From NCBI GenBank assembly GCA_964036045.1, contig OZ038378.1, positions 156,240,001-156,304,000 on the forward strand: a stretch of 64,000 nucleotides of DNA, read 5' to 3'. Below are positions 23,101-36,402 of this stretch, piece after piece. The translations under genes and the position numbers were made by a program. Source of the stretch: Eutreptiella sp. 'Long Island Sound 2002' (taxonomy: Eukaryota > Protista > Euglenida). How positions within the stretch are numbered: position 1 is the stretch's first letter; every line of letters begins with the position of its first letter. The notes beneath the pieces were generated by a model. That model did no database searches, was not told the DNA's origin, and saw nothing but the letters and a program-made list of their open reading frames with translations.

Positions 23101-26100
23101 GGGATCCCCATCAAAGGGGACAAAATCAGAAGTGGCTACACCACCCATGCCTTCCCGGGGGCCCACAAGAGGGCACAATCGCTACATAACCCCTGCGTTC
23201 CCGGGAGTCCCCATCAAAGGGGACAAAGTCAGAAGTCACTACATCACCCCTACCTTCCTAGGGGCCCGCAAGAGGGCAAACTTGCTGCATAATCCCTGTG
23301 TGCTTGCGGGTCTTAATCAAAGGGGACAATACCAAAATAGCTACATAGCTCCATATCTCTTGCCTTGTCGGGGTACCCGCAATGAAGAAGGAGTCAATTT
23401 GGATACATGACCCCTCCTCTTCCCTGCAACGAGGAAGGTCATGCTGGCTACGTAGCCAAGGACTTCACGGGGTTCACAAAATAAGAAGGAGTCAACATGG
23501 CTAAATGAAATCCCTTCTCATGTACATCACAATGGGATGGAGACAACATGTCGACGTAACCCCTGCCTTATCGGGGTGCCAGAATGGGGAAGACTCCATA
23601 TGGCCGCATAATGCATGCCTTCTCGGGTCCCCACAATGAGGTATTGCACTCAAGCGAGACGCAGCTTTCCGCCGGCGGGAGTGTGCGACGTGCATTGACG
23701 CGATACATTTGGGGCTCGAGAGGCTGAGGCAGATGCAGATCGTGCTAGTGCAGCACCTGGTCGTGACATACGGCCCCAAGGACACACGGCAGCCGGATGT
23801 GCGGGGTGTGGTGTGGTTTCAACCCGATTCCAACAGAGACGCAAGGGTCCAATATGTATAAGGCATCGTAACCACATAATCCATGAAGTTTCGGGCTCGC
23901 CATAATTGCATATGGGTTCGCGATAGCTGAATTCTCTGTGTCCCAACAAGAAAGCGGATGGCTACATGATGCCTGCCTTATGGACTTATAACCCATGTTG
24001 TAACCCCTGAATCATGGGGGCTCCATCGCGGAGTGATAGGACCATTACACCGATACCCGTGACATGGAAAAAAAGTGTTTCCGAAACCCCAAGCCGCTAA
24101 GCCCAAGTATCTGCGCCGCCCGCTTGCCCCGCACAATACTTTTCCCACATGTTTGGCCGTAACGGGCTCGCTTTCACACACCTCCAATGATGCCCCGTAT
24201 AAAGAGATAACCGTTGGGTTCCACGCGCCGGAGCTGAGCTTTGAGGGCGGGCTAGCCCGCTAAATCTCTGAGCGGTGTGCGTGCCGCTTCAAGTGCTCCC
24301 TCCAAGGGTCCAAGCAGCACAAAGGAAGGAGAATAGGTTCAAGAACCTTGCGTTCTAGGGTTCCCAAAATGAAGGAGTCACAATGGCTACCAAACGTTCA
24401 CTCTCAGGGTGGGTACAACCGCACCCCGCTGACATGGCTAGACCGCCCCAGGGGGGTCCTTAACGCAAAAAAGAAAGTTGTTCCAGAACCTGATATTTTG
24501 AAAAGTGTGCACAAAAAGTGCAACTCGTCACCCCTGCCGCCTTGGAGATCCCCACCGCTTCAGAGCGGGGGGCAAAATCAGAAGTGGCCCGCTTGTGGGC
24601 AAGGTGGCTACGTAACCCCTGCCGCCTCGGGGATCCCCACCGCTTCAGAGCGGGGGACAGAATCAGAAATGGTGCCCAAAAGAGGGCGGAATCGCGCCAT
24701 AACTCTTGCTTGCTGGGCGATACCCAAAAAGGGGGGATAGAAATGGCCCACGTTGGGCCGGGGCAAAAAGGCCTCTAGGGGCGGTCCTTAAAGGGGGGTC
24801 CTTAACAAGTAAACCCTACGTAACCCCTGCGGCCTCGGGGATCCCCACCGCTTCGGAGCAGAGGGCAAATTCAGAAGTGGCCCAATTGTAGGCAAGGTGG
24901 CTACGTGAGTCCTGCCTCTGGGATCCCCACCGCTTTAAAGCGGGGGGCAGAATCAGAAGTGGTGCCCAAAAGAGGGCGGACTTGCTACGTAACTCCTGCT
25001 TTCTAGGCGATCCCGAAAAGAGGGGGATAGACATGGCCCACGTTGGGCCTTGGCAAAAAGGCCTCTAGGGGCGGTCCTTAAGGGGGGTCCTTAACGAAAA
25101 AAAATCTCGTCCCTTAAGGACCCCCCTAGACCGCCCGGACCTTCTGGAAGAGGCCACAATGGGAAGGGAGTGAATATGGCTTCACACACCGCGATGTGTC
25201 GGGGTCTGCACAATGGGCTGGGGGTCATAATGCCTACACAACCCCGGTCTTCTCGGGTCCACATAATGGGGACCAGTTACGTGGCTACATAACCCTGCAT
25301 CCTTGAAATGCAACATAGTCGGCATGGAAATATGAACTTGCCGGCGGGGGCATCCCACAAACAGGGGGGGGATCCGCATGCACATATAAACACCCGGTTC
25401 TCCTAAGGCGCGAATATGGCTAGATGCCCATTGCCTTCTTTGGGTCTGCACAATGGGGATGTATCATTCTAGCGAACAGCGGGTATCTTGTTTGCGTCAT
25501 CCAAATGTGGAGAAGTCAACCTACACACATGATGCGCACCATTTTGGGGATAAAAACGCATGAGACTGAAATGGCAGTTGTTATACAGCCGTGATTTTAA
25601 GGGGCCAAAGATGTACATGGGTTACTTGGTGTACAAAAAACTCAACTTCTCATGCGCCTGACAGTGGGGATGAATCAAGATGACTACACAACCTTTGCGT
25701 TCTTGAATTCCCACAATGGTCGGGAAAGAGCACGAGTTTGGTAGTGGGGAGTAAATGGAGCAAGAATCAAAGATTCTCAGGGTCCCAAGGATTCCCAAGT
25801 CAATATGGCTACATAGATCCTTGCCTTTTCAAGGTCTTGCAACGAGAACGACAAGACAGGAGACCAAGTGCAGACAAATCCCCAGTTGGATGTCCATTTC
25901 AGCCGCTCAATATGTACTTCCCAACATGGCGTGGAAATGTTGGTGGGATGAAGTTAACGATGACCGTAAGGGCAAAGACTTGGACCTCTACGCACTAGCA
26001 TTTAATTTCGAAGTCTTGAAACACACTTTTCACGTGTTGGGTAAAATTGTCTGCATTGCTTGGTGTGTTGTTGTCGCTTTTGCAGTGTTGTCGGCGTTGT

Positions 26101-29100
26101 GCTGTTTTTTTCCAGTTTAGGTATATTAGGTGGGTGCACGCCCGCGTGAAGGAATATCCCGGGATTGCACAGGTTGACTGTTTTTGTGACTGGCAACCCC
26201 GATGTACTGATGGACATGTCATCCCTTGCTGTTACACGGCATACACAGCAATGAATTGAGGTGTTCTCGGTGCACTGCCTCGCGGCAAGAATACAAACAT
26301 GCATGAGTAACATGGGTCCTTGGATCAGGATATCAGTCCCCCGAAGACCCCCCAATGCAGTGCTTCTTTGTGCTGTCTGTGCCATGTACATGTTTCAGAT
26401 AGTGAGACAACAGATTTACGTTGAGGACAAAGTGAATTTGTGACGGCGTCCACAACTATGAAGTCAAATCGAATCGTAACCATTGTGTGGGCCCAAGAAG
26501 GCTGGGAGACGTCCAGTCCCTTGACCACATTACGCCCGCAGCTCCCCAACCCAATATCGACGCATTGGCTATCAGCCCCATCCCCCCTTTCAGGCAACGC
26601 AACTCCAACCTAACATGATGTGGTGTTGCACAAGCCATACGCAAGTGTTGGTCTTAGAGCCCTACAAAATCAATCCTAGTGCCTTTCATAAAACGCACCC
26701 AATCATCAACCCTAGTCCGTTGCGAGCCGTTTGATTTTGTAAACATGCCATAACCGTTGTGAGTTGCCACTTGAAGCGGATGTCCGAGCCGACGCCCTGT
26801 AGTGTGTGCAAACAGTAGTTAAGTCTCATAGAGCCCGCCGTTGGATCTAAAGGTCTTGTGTGCAAACGCGCATGTCCGGCCAGTCCTCCCTGCTGAGCAA
26901 TTGTCCCCCCCCCCCCCAGGCATTGGGTAGCAGCGAGCTCGCGGTGGCAAAGAATTGGGGGGTGGAAGGGTAAGCGTTCTCGGGGGTGCCAATCAAAGGG
27001 GACAAAATCAGAAGTGGCTACATCACCTTTGCCTTCTCTGGGGGGCACCAGAGGGCGGAAGTGCTAAAAAATCCCTGCATTCTCCGCATTTCCTGTCAAA
27101 GGCCACAAAAAAAGGAGTGGCTACATCACCTTTGCCTCCTGGGGGGCCCACAAGTGGGCGGAAATGCTACATAACACCTGTGTTCTTGGCGTTCTCCATC
27201 AACGGGGACAAAATCAGAAGTGGCTACACCACCCATGCCTTTTCGGGGGCCCACAAGAGGGCAGAATTGCTACATAACCCCTGCGTTCCAGGGGGGCCCC
27301 ATCAAAGGGGACAAAGTCACAAGTCGCTACATCACCCCTACCTTCCTGGGGGCCCGCAAGAGGGCGGACTTGCTGCATAATCCCTGTGTGCTTGGGGGTC
27401 CTAATCAAAGGGAAAAATACAAAACTAGCTACATCACCACTGCCTTCGTGGAGCGACGTGTGGGCGGATTTTCTACATATCGGCTGCGCTGAGGGCGCTC
27501 CCCATCAAAGCAGACAAAAATTAGAATAGGGTACATCGTCCTTTCCTTCCTACGGGCCCACAAGACGGGGGTAACCTACATAACCCCTGCATTCTCGCGG
27601 GCCCCTATGAAAGGGGCCAATATCACAATTGGGAACATCACCATACTTTTTCGCGGGCCCATGAGTGGGCAGAACTGCTACATAACCGTTGTGTCATTGG
27701 GGGTCCCAAGCACAGGGTAGAAAAGCAGAAGTGCCTACATCACCCCTACCTTCTCCCGGGCCCACGAGTGGGCCGAAGTGCTACGTAACTCCTGCGCTAT
27801 TGAAGTTCCCCCCCAAAAGGAGACACAAATGGTCCGCGTCGGGCCGGTCCTTCCAAATAATTTGCAAGAAGTGGGTGGTGCTTCTTTGTAAACCTCTGAA
27901 TGAATCTATTGCAAAACTAGGTAGTCTGTGTCATTTTCAATGGTGGCACAATTCAACCCGTAGTGCCCCAAGTGTACAAATGGGCAAGTGGGACAGAATC
28001 AGAAGTGGCCATTTTACCCAAGGGGGGTTTTGCGAAATGTGAAGTAACAGAGTTTTGCCTAAGATGGACCACATCAAAGAAAGGGGGGTTTTACCCCTTT
28101 TGTGCGCAACTAATTTTTTCGAAGACGTGCCACGGGGGGTCACCTTTGATGCGCACAAATGGGTAGTTCTCCATTTTTGGGGCACGCGGATCTAAATGTT
28201 GGGTGTCTTGCTTGAAAAACGACGGACCTTTGTAGGCTTAGTCAATGCGGTTGAGTCACAAAGTCAGAAGTGGCTACATCACCCCTGCCTTCTGAGGGGT
28301 CCATAAGACGGCAGAATTGCGATGTAACCTCTCCATTGTCGGGGCTCTCCAACAAACGGGAACAAGTCAAGAAGTGGCTACATCATCCCTTCCTTTTCGG
28401 GGACCCGCAAGTGGGCACAATTACCGTAAACCTTGCATTCTCAGGATTCCCCATCAAAGGAAAGAGAATCATAAGTGGCTACATCACCTTTGCCTTGTCG
28501 GTGGGCCACCCGAGGGCGGAAGTGCTACATAACACCTTTGTAGTTGGTGCTCGCCATGAAAGGCCACAAAATCAGAAGTGGCTACATCACCGTTGACTTC
28601 ACTAGGGCCCACAAGAGGGCCGAGCGGCTCCATAACCCATGCATTCTCGGGGATCCCGATTAAACGAGACAAATCTAGAAGTGGCAACAGCACTGCAACC
28701 TTTTTAGGGGCCCACAGGAGGGCGGAATTACTACATAACCCATGCGTTCTCAGGGGTCCCAATCAAAGGAGACAACATCAAAAGTGGCTACATCATATTT
28801 GCCATCTCAGGGGGCCAGAAGAGGGCGGAAGTGCTAAATAATCCCTGCACTCTCTACAGTTCCCGTCAAAGGCCAGAAAATCAGAAGTGGCTACATCACC
28901 CTTGCCTTCACCGGGGCCCACAAGAGGGCGCAATTCCTCCATAACCGCTGCATTCTCGGGGATCCCCGGCAAACGGGACAAAATTGGAAGTGGCTACATC
29001 ACTCCGACCTTCTGGGGGCCCACAAGAGGGCGAAGTTGCTGCATAACCCCTGCGTTCTCGGGGGTGCCAATCAAAGGGGGCAAAATCACAAGTCGCTGCA

Positions 29101-30970
29101 TCACCTTGGCCTTCTCTGGGGGGTACAAGAGGGCGGAAGTGCTAAATAATCCCTGCATTCTCCGCATTTCCTGTCAAACCCTACAAAATCAGAAGTCGCT
29201 ACATGACCTTTGCCACCTGGGGGCCCCTGAGTGGGCGGAAGTGCTACATAACACCAACATTCTCGGGGATCCCCATCAAAGGGGACAAAATCAGAAGTGG
29301 CTACACCACCCATGCCTTCCCGGGGGCCCACAAGAGGGCACAATCGCTACATAACCCCTGCGTTCCCGGGAGTCCCCATCAAAGGGGACAAAGTCACAAG
29401 TCGCTACATCACCCCTACCTTCCTAGGGGCCCGCAAGAGGGCAAACTTGCTGCATAATCCCTGTGTGCTTGCGGGTCTTAATCAAAGGGGACAATACCAA
29501 AATAGCTACATCACCACTACCTTCATGGGGCGACGTGTGGGCCGATTTTCTATATACCCACTGTGCTCTCGGCGCTCCCCATCAAAGCGGACAAAAGTAG
29601 AAGTGGGTGCATCATCCTTTCCTTCCTACGGGCCCACAAGACGGGGGTAATGCTACATAACCCCTGCATTCTCGGCGGGGGGGGGGGGGCATAATAAGGT
29701 AGAAAACCAGAAGTGGCTACATCACCCCTACCTTCTGCCGGGCCCATCAGAGGGCTGAAGTGCTACGTAACTCCTGCGCTATTGAAGTTCCCCCCAAAAG
29801 GAGACACAAATGGTCCGCGTCGGGCCGGTCCTTCGGAACAATTTGCAAGAAGTGGGTGGTGCTCCTTTGTAAACCTCTAAATGAATCTATTGCACCACTA
29901 GGTAGTCTGTGTCATTTTCAATGGTGGCACAATTCAACCCGTAGTGCCCCAAGTGTACAAATGGGCAAGTGGGACACAATCAGAAGTGGCCGTTTTACCC
30001 AAAGGGGGTTTTGCGAAATGTGAAGTAACAGAGTTTTGCCTAAGATGGACCACATCAAAGAAAGGGGGATTTTACCCCTTTTGTGCGCAACTAAATTCTA
30101 TTGCCTTCGGCAGTGCACCTCGAAGAGAGGTCGACGGTCAGCCAATCAGTCAGTTAGACAGGCCAGAATTTTGTTTGTCACGTTTGTCACGTTTGTACCG
30201 TTACCATCGGTGAACCCATACCACATTGGGTACGTAATCAAGTGCATCGTTTGTGAAAAAAAAGGGCCCAAAAAGGAGAATGTGGCGATAAAAGAGGAGA
30301 AAAGGTGCCATGGGGGGGGTGAGCAGCATGCACAAGAGATGGGTATGTATGCGGCACCATTCTAGTTGATTTTTTGGATTGTTCAACCAAACTGCACGCC
30401 GCAGGGGAATATTCCCCTCGCCTACTTGGGGTTCGAATATTGGGGAGGAGTCAATATGCCTTGATCAATTGACAATGCGGAGAGGCTCATCACCGCTTCT
30501 TCGCCGCTCACAATGCGGAGAGGTCATCATGCTATACAGCTGGGGTTATTAAGCGGAAGAGTCAACGTGGCTACATAGCCTCTGCATTCTCGGGGTCCCG
30601 ACAAGGGGGAAGAGTCAATATGGCTATATAGCCATTGTCTTCGTGGGGGGGGGGGGGGTCACACAAAGATGGAGAGACAGCTAAATAACCCCTGCATCCT
30701 TTGGCTCCACACAACGGGGAAGAAACAACATTGCTTAATAACCGATACCTTCCCAAAATCCCCACAATGGGAAGGAGTCAATATGATTACATAACCCCAC
30801 CTTTCTTAGGGTCCCCACAACGGGGCGGGGTCGATAGGGTTGCATAACGCCTGGCTGCTCCTGGTCCCCACAATGCGGAAGAGTTAATCTGGTTGCATAA
30901 CCCCTGCCTCCTCAGCTACCTTACAATGGGGAGGAGTCGATGTCGCTACATAACCCTTATCTTCTCGGGG
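17120..30970. repeat. Satellite domain built from a ~52 bp monomer (core GGCTACAT(A/C)ACCCCTGC) with ~103 bp dimeric units
   Basis: The core recurs every 51-53 bp at 17277-17433 and 30570-30945. AGTGGCTACA recurs about every 103 bp from 20848 onward. Three sequence subtypes are visible (17.1-17.5/19.0-19.7/30.4-31.0 kb; 18.35-18.85 kb; 20.8-23.3 kb). Confidence 0.9.
17182..29511. repeat. Recent tandem duplication of ~6.17 kb (17182-23348 and 23349-29511)
   Basis: CTCCATATCTCTTGCC starts at 17182 and 23349. ORF pairs are offset by 6165-6167 throughout. About 99% identity by eye, with scattered substitutions and homopolymer length changes. Confidence 0.95.
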
Positions 30971-31199
30971 AAACAACTAGGGCCATCTAGGGGTCCCCAC
31001 ACCCTTAAACTGTTCTTCTCTTTGTTCTTGTGGTTGTTGTACACACCCATAGGTGTCCAATGTAGAAGTAAGGCATGTCTCATTAGGAAAGTGTGCGTGC
31101 ATGGAAGGCATAGGGACTGAATCGGAAGTGCTAATTTGAGAATTTGGTTCCCAGCTTGCAGCGGTACATCCTCCCTCAAGCCCCCCCATTGAGTGCAAC

Positions 31200-32470
31200 C
31201 TCTGAGCTTGGCACCACTACCTCCTCTGCAAGGCGGCCTTGTGTTCTTCGTTGGCAGTGATCGGCGGCAAATCGGGGCATTTTCAAGCTTTCTAGCACAT
31301 TCTCCCGTGATTGAGGCAATGCCGAAGCACAATATCTAGGACAAGAACAATGGTCGAATTGAAGTGCCCCACCAAGACCCGGTGGCATTCTCAGCCTTCT
31401 TGGAAGTATGCCGTAGATCTACACTGTGTGCGCCATTTAATGGCCTACTATCACTTATTGAGGTGTGACACTTCTATCAAGCCTAGCATGCCATGAGCAA
31501 TGGAGGAAGCGTTGCTAAAGCACGTGGACAGCAATTTGATGTCGCAACTGTATGCCTATGCAGACTTGTATGGTGTACAAAGCGAGGCAAAGGTGCTGGA
31601 ATGGATTAGAGCAGAGCCACGGCGTAGTCTTAGCACTATGCAGAAGTAACACAGTGCATCTCCTGACTGCTTATCAAAGGAATAGCTAAGAACACCGTTA
31701 AGTGATGAGGCAGCTGTCCTAAGTACTGGAGAGCTTGAGAACGTGATGATTCGATGGAGCGATGGAGCTAGATGGGGCGAGAATTGATGCACTTCCGGAT
31801 GACTTATAGGGGCTCCGGGGGGTGGGTAAGGACTGGAAGTTTGAACGTGAGTGTGTGCACACTAGTTGCCACCAAACATACATTTTTGATTTTGCTCTCA
31901 CACATTGCATATCCTGCCTGTAAGGTTCGGGAGACTTTTGGATCAAGACTTATGCGAAGTATCATCATCCGTCGAGGTGTTTGGAGGGTGAATGTGAGGG
32001 TTCACCGAAAAAGAAGAATGGTGCCGCGGGTTGTTCGTTTGATGCTCTGTGTAGTGATGATAGGGAGCCTTGGAAATCGTACAGTGGCATGAAACAAAAA
32101 ATCATCCTTGTGAAAGAGCATGAATGGGACCTTGGTGACCTCAGTGTTTTAAGTCAAGATCCCAGCAGGATCTTTGGGGGAACTTCTTTGCAGCTTAGGA
32201 TAATTGTACAAGTTGGGGTGCGGCTATGAGTTTGGAGGCAACAGAATTTCATCAAAAGCTTGAAGTGGGGGAAGGTGTAATGCTGGCCATCAAGAGTGAG
32301 AACATCTGTGACTTCCACATGTATGCAACGAGATTAATGCTTTCAAGACCAACACATTCAAGGAAGGACAAGCGGACTGTTTGTGTTCTTTGCATTGCGA
32401 AGGACTCATGCACCCAAGACACCAAGAATGCACAGCGCTTCAAACGCAAATCTGGTTTGGGATTTTTCTA
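31200..32470 (+). pseudogene. BTB/POZ-BACK domain pseudogene
   Basis: From 31241: VFFVGSDRRQIGAFSSFLAHSPVIEAM...*DKNNGRIEVPHQDPVAFSAFLE...LLSLIEV*HFYQA*. After a frameshift at ~31500: EEALLKHVDSNLMSQLYAYADLYGVQSEAKVLEWIRAEP...LSKE*LRTPLSDEA...ELENVMIRW. This follows the BTB then BACK pattern with several stops. Confidence 0.7.
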
Positions 32471-32529
32471 ATACGTACCACCCAACAAGGCACACACTAC
32501 TTTTGTGCCTTTGGGCCAAAAAGATGCAT

Positions 32530-32647
32530 TTCGAAGCCGGTCTGGTGGCTGGTCTTTTTTTAGTGTTGCTCGAAAATTACAATTTTCATTCGAAGCCGGT
32601 CCAGTGGCTGGTCTTTTTTTGGTGTTGCTCGAAAATTGCCATTTTCA
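32530..32647. repeat. 59-bp tandem duplication
   Basis: TTCGAAGCCGGTC...GTGTTGCTCGAAAATT starts at 32530 and 32589. Confidence 0.85.
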
Positions 32648-33920
32648 GCCAACTTACATTGGTTAGGAAATGCTAGCTAGGGCCTAGCTGCGGCACCTGG
32701 AGTGCAGATAGCAGGAAGCCTACCAATGGGTTGGGGTCCATACAGAAGGAAAACAATCCATCGGACTGCGGTCTGCATTTTCGCATCGGCCTGAAACAGC
32801 AAAATAAGTTTTCGAGCAAAGACCGACGGAAGAGAAAGAGAATGGGGGTGTTTTGAAGCAGGCAGCAGCTACCTCTAGGCAGGGCTTGAAACTATAAAAT
32901 GGTATTGTGTGATGCCTGTACTGTTACATCATTATATGCCAGCCCTGCTGGGGGATTACAATAGGGGCGCAATTTCGTAAGCAAACCAGTGCAAACAGAC
33001 TAGTCCAGGCTTTGAATCAGGCAGCAGCCAGCCCCAAGCAGGGCCAGAGGTCCTCTTGTTGGCTGCATATCATGACCCTATCGAAGCGCCTGCAAAATGC
33101 ACATGAATCGTGCACCAAGAGCCCAGTGCATGCAAACGTGCGGACGAAACGGCTCTGAACGAAAAGAAAAAGATGCTTGAACCTCGAGGACGGGTCCTTC
33201 AATGCAGCAAAGAACTATCATTGAGTAACGCCATGAGTGAGAGGCACCCATGGGGATGCATCTGCCACCGCTGCCGTGGCTATTGATACTGCCAACGGCA
33301 AGGCCTTTTGGGCGATTTTGTTGCAGAAAAACACTGCAAACAGAATGGTTGGGCCCAGGCCACAGTGAGCCCTAGACAAGGCTACAAGACGCGTCATCCT
33401 CCCCCCAACCAGTGTCGCAATATCGCGGGCCAAACAGCTCCTCTCCTGGCCCGCTCACCAGGGCGGCACCTGGAAAAAAGAACCTCGCCTCGAAATGGTA
33501 AAAAACCAAAAAATCATGATTCGGAGGCAATTGCCCTCAAAATGGGCTGCCCAGTCGAAGGGGCTGGATGTGCAAAAATCGCAGCGTGGAGGATACTGGT
33601 ATCTAGAAAATTGATGGCCTTACCAGGGGCTATCATGGCCCACACCTGCCCTTGACCTGGCAACCACTTCAAGGGGATTTGTGAGAGTTCAGGTACCGCA
33701 ACAATGCCCTCTCCCTTTTCTCTTTTGGAGCAGATTGTCCTTAGGGGAATGTTTTCCCGGCGCGCGCCCGGCGCGCTACCTTGGCAATAAGTATCCTTTC
33801 TCTAGCCCCAATTTTATCCTCACCTAGCGAAGTCCCCCAAGTAGACTGCACTGGACCGCAAACCTTCCCTGCAAAGCAACTTGCACAAGCCGAAATATGA
33901 GAATTCAACAAAACAAAATG

Positions 33921-34110
33921 TCACTCAGTATGTGCTTGCCAAATAATATCATTTGGATAACTGTGGGTGTCAAAACATTCAGGACAATAGTGCTCCTTAC
34001 ACTCGCCACAAACTGTGACGGTGGAGCACTTGTAACAACACAACGCACACACTTCTACCTCATGCTCTCCCTCATCCTCCGTGGCGGCCGAGTTGCTCTT
34101 GTCCGTCCAA
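33921..34110 (-). pseudogene. Isolated Cys-rich zinc-binding fragment (B-box-like or piggyBac C-terminal CRD-like)
   Basis: CALC-x9-CGEC-x4-CPECFDTH at 33963-34049. It is fused upstream to satellite sequence. Confidence 0.45.
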
Positions 34111-34134
34111 ACATGAGGCAGAACATGGTCCAAT

Positions 34135-34330
34135 GGGCGGATTGGCTGCATAACACCTGCATTCTCGGGGATCCCCATGAAAGGGAACAAAATCAGAAAG
34201 GGCTACATCACCCCTGCCTTCTTGAGGGCCCAAAAATGGGCGCAGTGGCTACATAACCCTCCCTGCCTTCTCGGGGTCCCCAATAGAAGGGGACAAAGTC
34301 AGAAGGGGCTACATCACCCCTGCATTCTTG
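34135..34330. repeat. Dispersed copy of the ~52/103 bp satellite (4 cores)
   Basis: GGCTGCATAACACCTGC, GGCTACATCACCCCTGC, GGCTACATAACCC and GGCTACATCACCCCTGC with ~52-57 bp spacing. Confidence 0.85.
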
Positions 34331-34470
34331 GAGGCAGAAAATTTGGTGAGGGGGGGGGGTTGGCAAAAACAGGCACAGGTGGGGAATCGTAAAAGAAAAG
34401 ATGCAGGCCCAGCGCGCGCGCGGCGTGCTAATACGCCCCCCTTTAAAAACAAATACTTGTGTTCACCAAA

Positions 34471-34896
34471 GGTGACACCGGGTTTTCGTTTCCGTGGGGG
34501 GGGGGGGGGTTGATAGAGCTGATAGAGCCCCCTGGCTAGACCCACGCCCCGCCAAAAAAAGGCTCAATTGACAGGACCCCCAAAACCCTACCGAGACTGA
34601 CCCCCGGGCCTCGGAGGTGACGCAGACCAAAAAATCAGAGAAAAAAGAAAATGGGGTTTTTGGAGTCAGCGGGTCGAGGGGGTTCAGAACAGTCATCATT
34701 TGCCATATATTTGGTGAAAAAAAATCGACCAATTTTAATGCTCAAAAAAAAAATTCCAGCGCCTTTGGCGCCAGTGGTCATAATGACTGATTAATGGTGC
34801 CTGTCAATTGAGCCCTTTTCCCGACCCCGCCCCCCAGTTTTTGGGGGCTCTATTGACCCCCCCCCCCCCCCCCCAGAAGTGAAACCCCGACATGCC
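34471..34896 (+). mobile_element. MITE family A (long imperfect TIRs containing G/C tracts)
   Basis: G-tract+TTGATAGAGC...CCCC pairs with GGGGGCTCTATTGA+C-tract. Internal perfect inverted pair GGCTCAATTGACAGG / CCTGTCAATTGAGCC. Homologous to 55524-55925 and 58258-58481. Confidence 0.75.
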
Positions 34897-36402
34897 AAGA
34901 CTGGTTGATGAAATTGTGTCTATTGCCGCTGTATCCTGGTCCTCCTTCACACAGTATTGCAAGCAGATTACCGCAGCTTGTACCTTTGTACCTTGAAACC
35001 CAAGACTGTGTCATGGAGGGTTCCGGGCTTGTAGCCCGTCTGTCTACGCTTTTCTACGGGTGCACAGCATCAATCCTGTGTTGCGGCGGTGTGTGTGTGT
35101 GCGCGCGCGCATGCGCGGTTTATCACCGTTTCTCCGCCCGATGGGTGCATGCTCCAGATATCATTGACAATCCGTTCATGACAACACAATCAATCATATG
35201 CACACAAACAGAACCATGAGCTCATGTTGGTGTGCGCCCTACACGTGCAACGTGCAACAGCCTCCACCATGGACAAGATTACAGAATACAAAGATGCCAG
35301 GTCGCCACAACATGCTTCATTCAAACCTGGCGGCACTGATGTGGTCAGCTGGACTAAATGGATACCGAAATGACATCCCTGTTCACAACTCAAGTAGTGA
35401 GGAGGGTCGTCCGCGCGAATTCATCGCATGTCATGTCGATGTTCCCGTCGCTGATGCCGACTTCGAATGAAAAGCAAGCAACGAAGCGTGTGAATGCTCA
35501 CGGAATGCTAAATCTGTTTGCCTCCTGCCTTCAGGGATCCGGGACAGAAGCAAAAGTACATGGGAGAGCAAAAGGTACGGTGGATGAAGATATGACGACC
35601 TGGGGCATCGTGTCACTGGTCAGCAATTGTAGTTGCTCATCATCCAACATGTCCCATGCAGATCGCTTGCGTTGTAGCGCTGTGGGGCGGATGGGATGGG
35701 TGGGTGAGGCGGTGGCCTTCTTGGGAAAATGGTCAAATGATGGGAGCCCGAGTGGCTTTCGATGTGCCTCAAACCCGGGCTGCGGGCCGCCGAGTCGGCC
35801 ACAACGCGCACGAGGGCCTTGCGAGGGGACCGGGCGAGACAAGCGCGAGGCAGCGAAGGATGTTTGTTGGAGGGTTTTGCGGGCCGTTGGCGGGCTGGCC
35901 CGTCGGTTGCAGAGGATTGGTCTTGGCGCAGTGCGAGTGCGACGCGCGGAAATCAGAACGAAACGGGACGGTGAGCCCTGACTCGACTTCAGTACTGAGA
36001 GCGTTCGCACTCGACCGCGCGTTTGGCGTGCCAACCGGCGCACATCGGGCCGGATGCGCCCACCACAATCCGCCGCGTTGCAGGCCATGCCCCTGGCCTT
36101 TGCCGCAGAGTCCGCCACCGCCGTAGCAGCGCCGCAGGGGTCAACACAAAGACCGGATTACCGCTGACGAACACCGAAAGGGGCTCTGGCAGACACCATA
36201 GCGACTGCTGTAGGACGCAGAAAGGGTCGGGTCGTCCGCATCTGAAGTCGGCATCGGGCCCAAGCGGCAAGGCCAACCGTTGAGGCAGCGGGTGTAGCAA
36301 CATCGGCATTCGCCAGGATCAGGGCCCAGGGGTGCATTCGAAGGGAAGGGACCTCAGAGGGATGCCCAGAAGCGGTTAGACAGGCGGTTCGAGGAGGTTG
36401 CC

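Noticed and set aside
20790-23410. Many 60-155 aa ORFs with KWLHH/GYIT motifs
   Set aside because: They arise from the satellite monomer read in different frames.
17120-30970. CRISPR-like array
   Set aside because: Monomers are contiguous and diverged with no constant repeat plus unique fixed-length spacers, there are no cas genes, and the context is eukaryotic.
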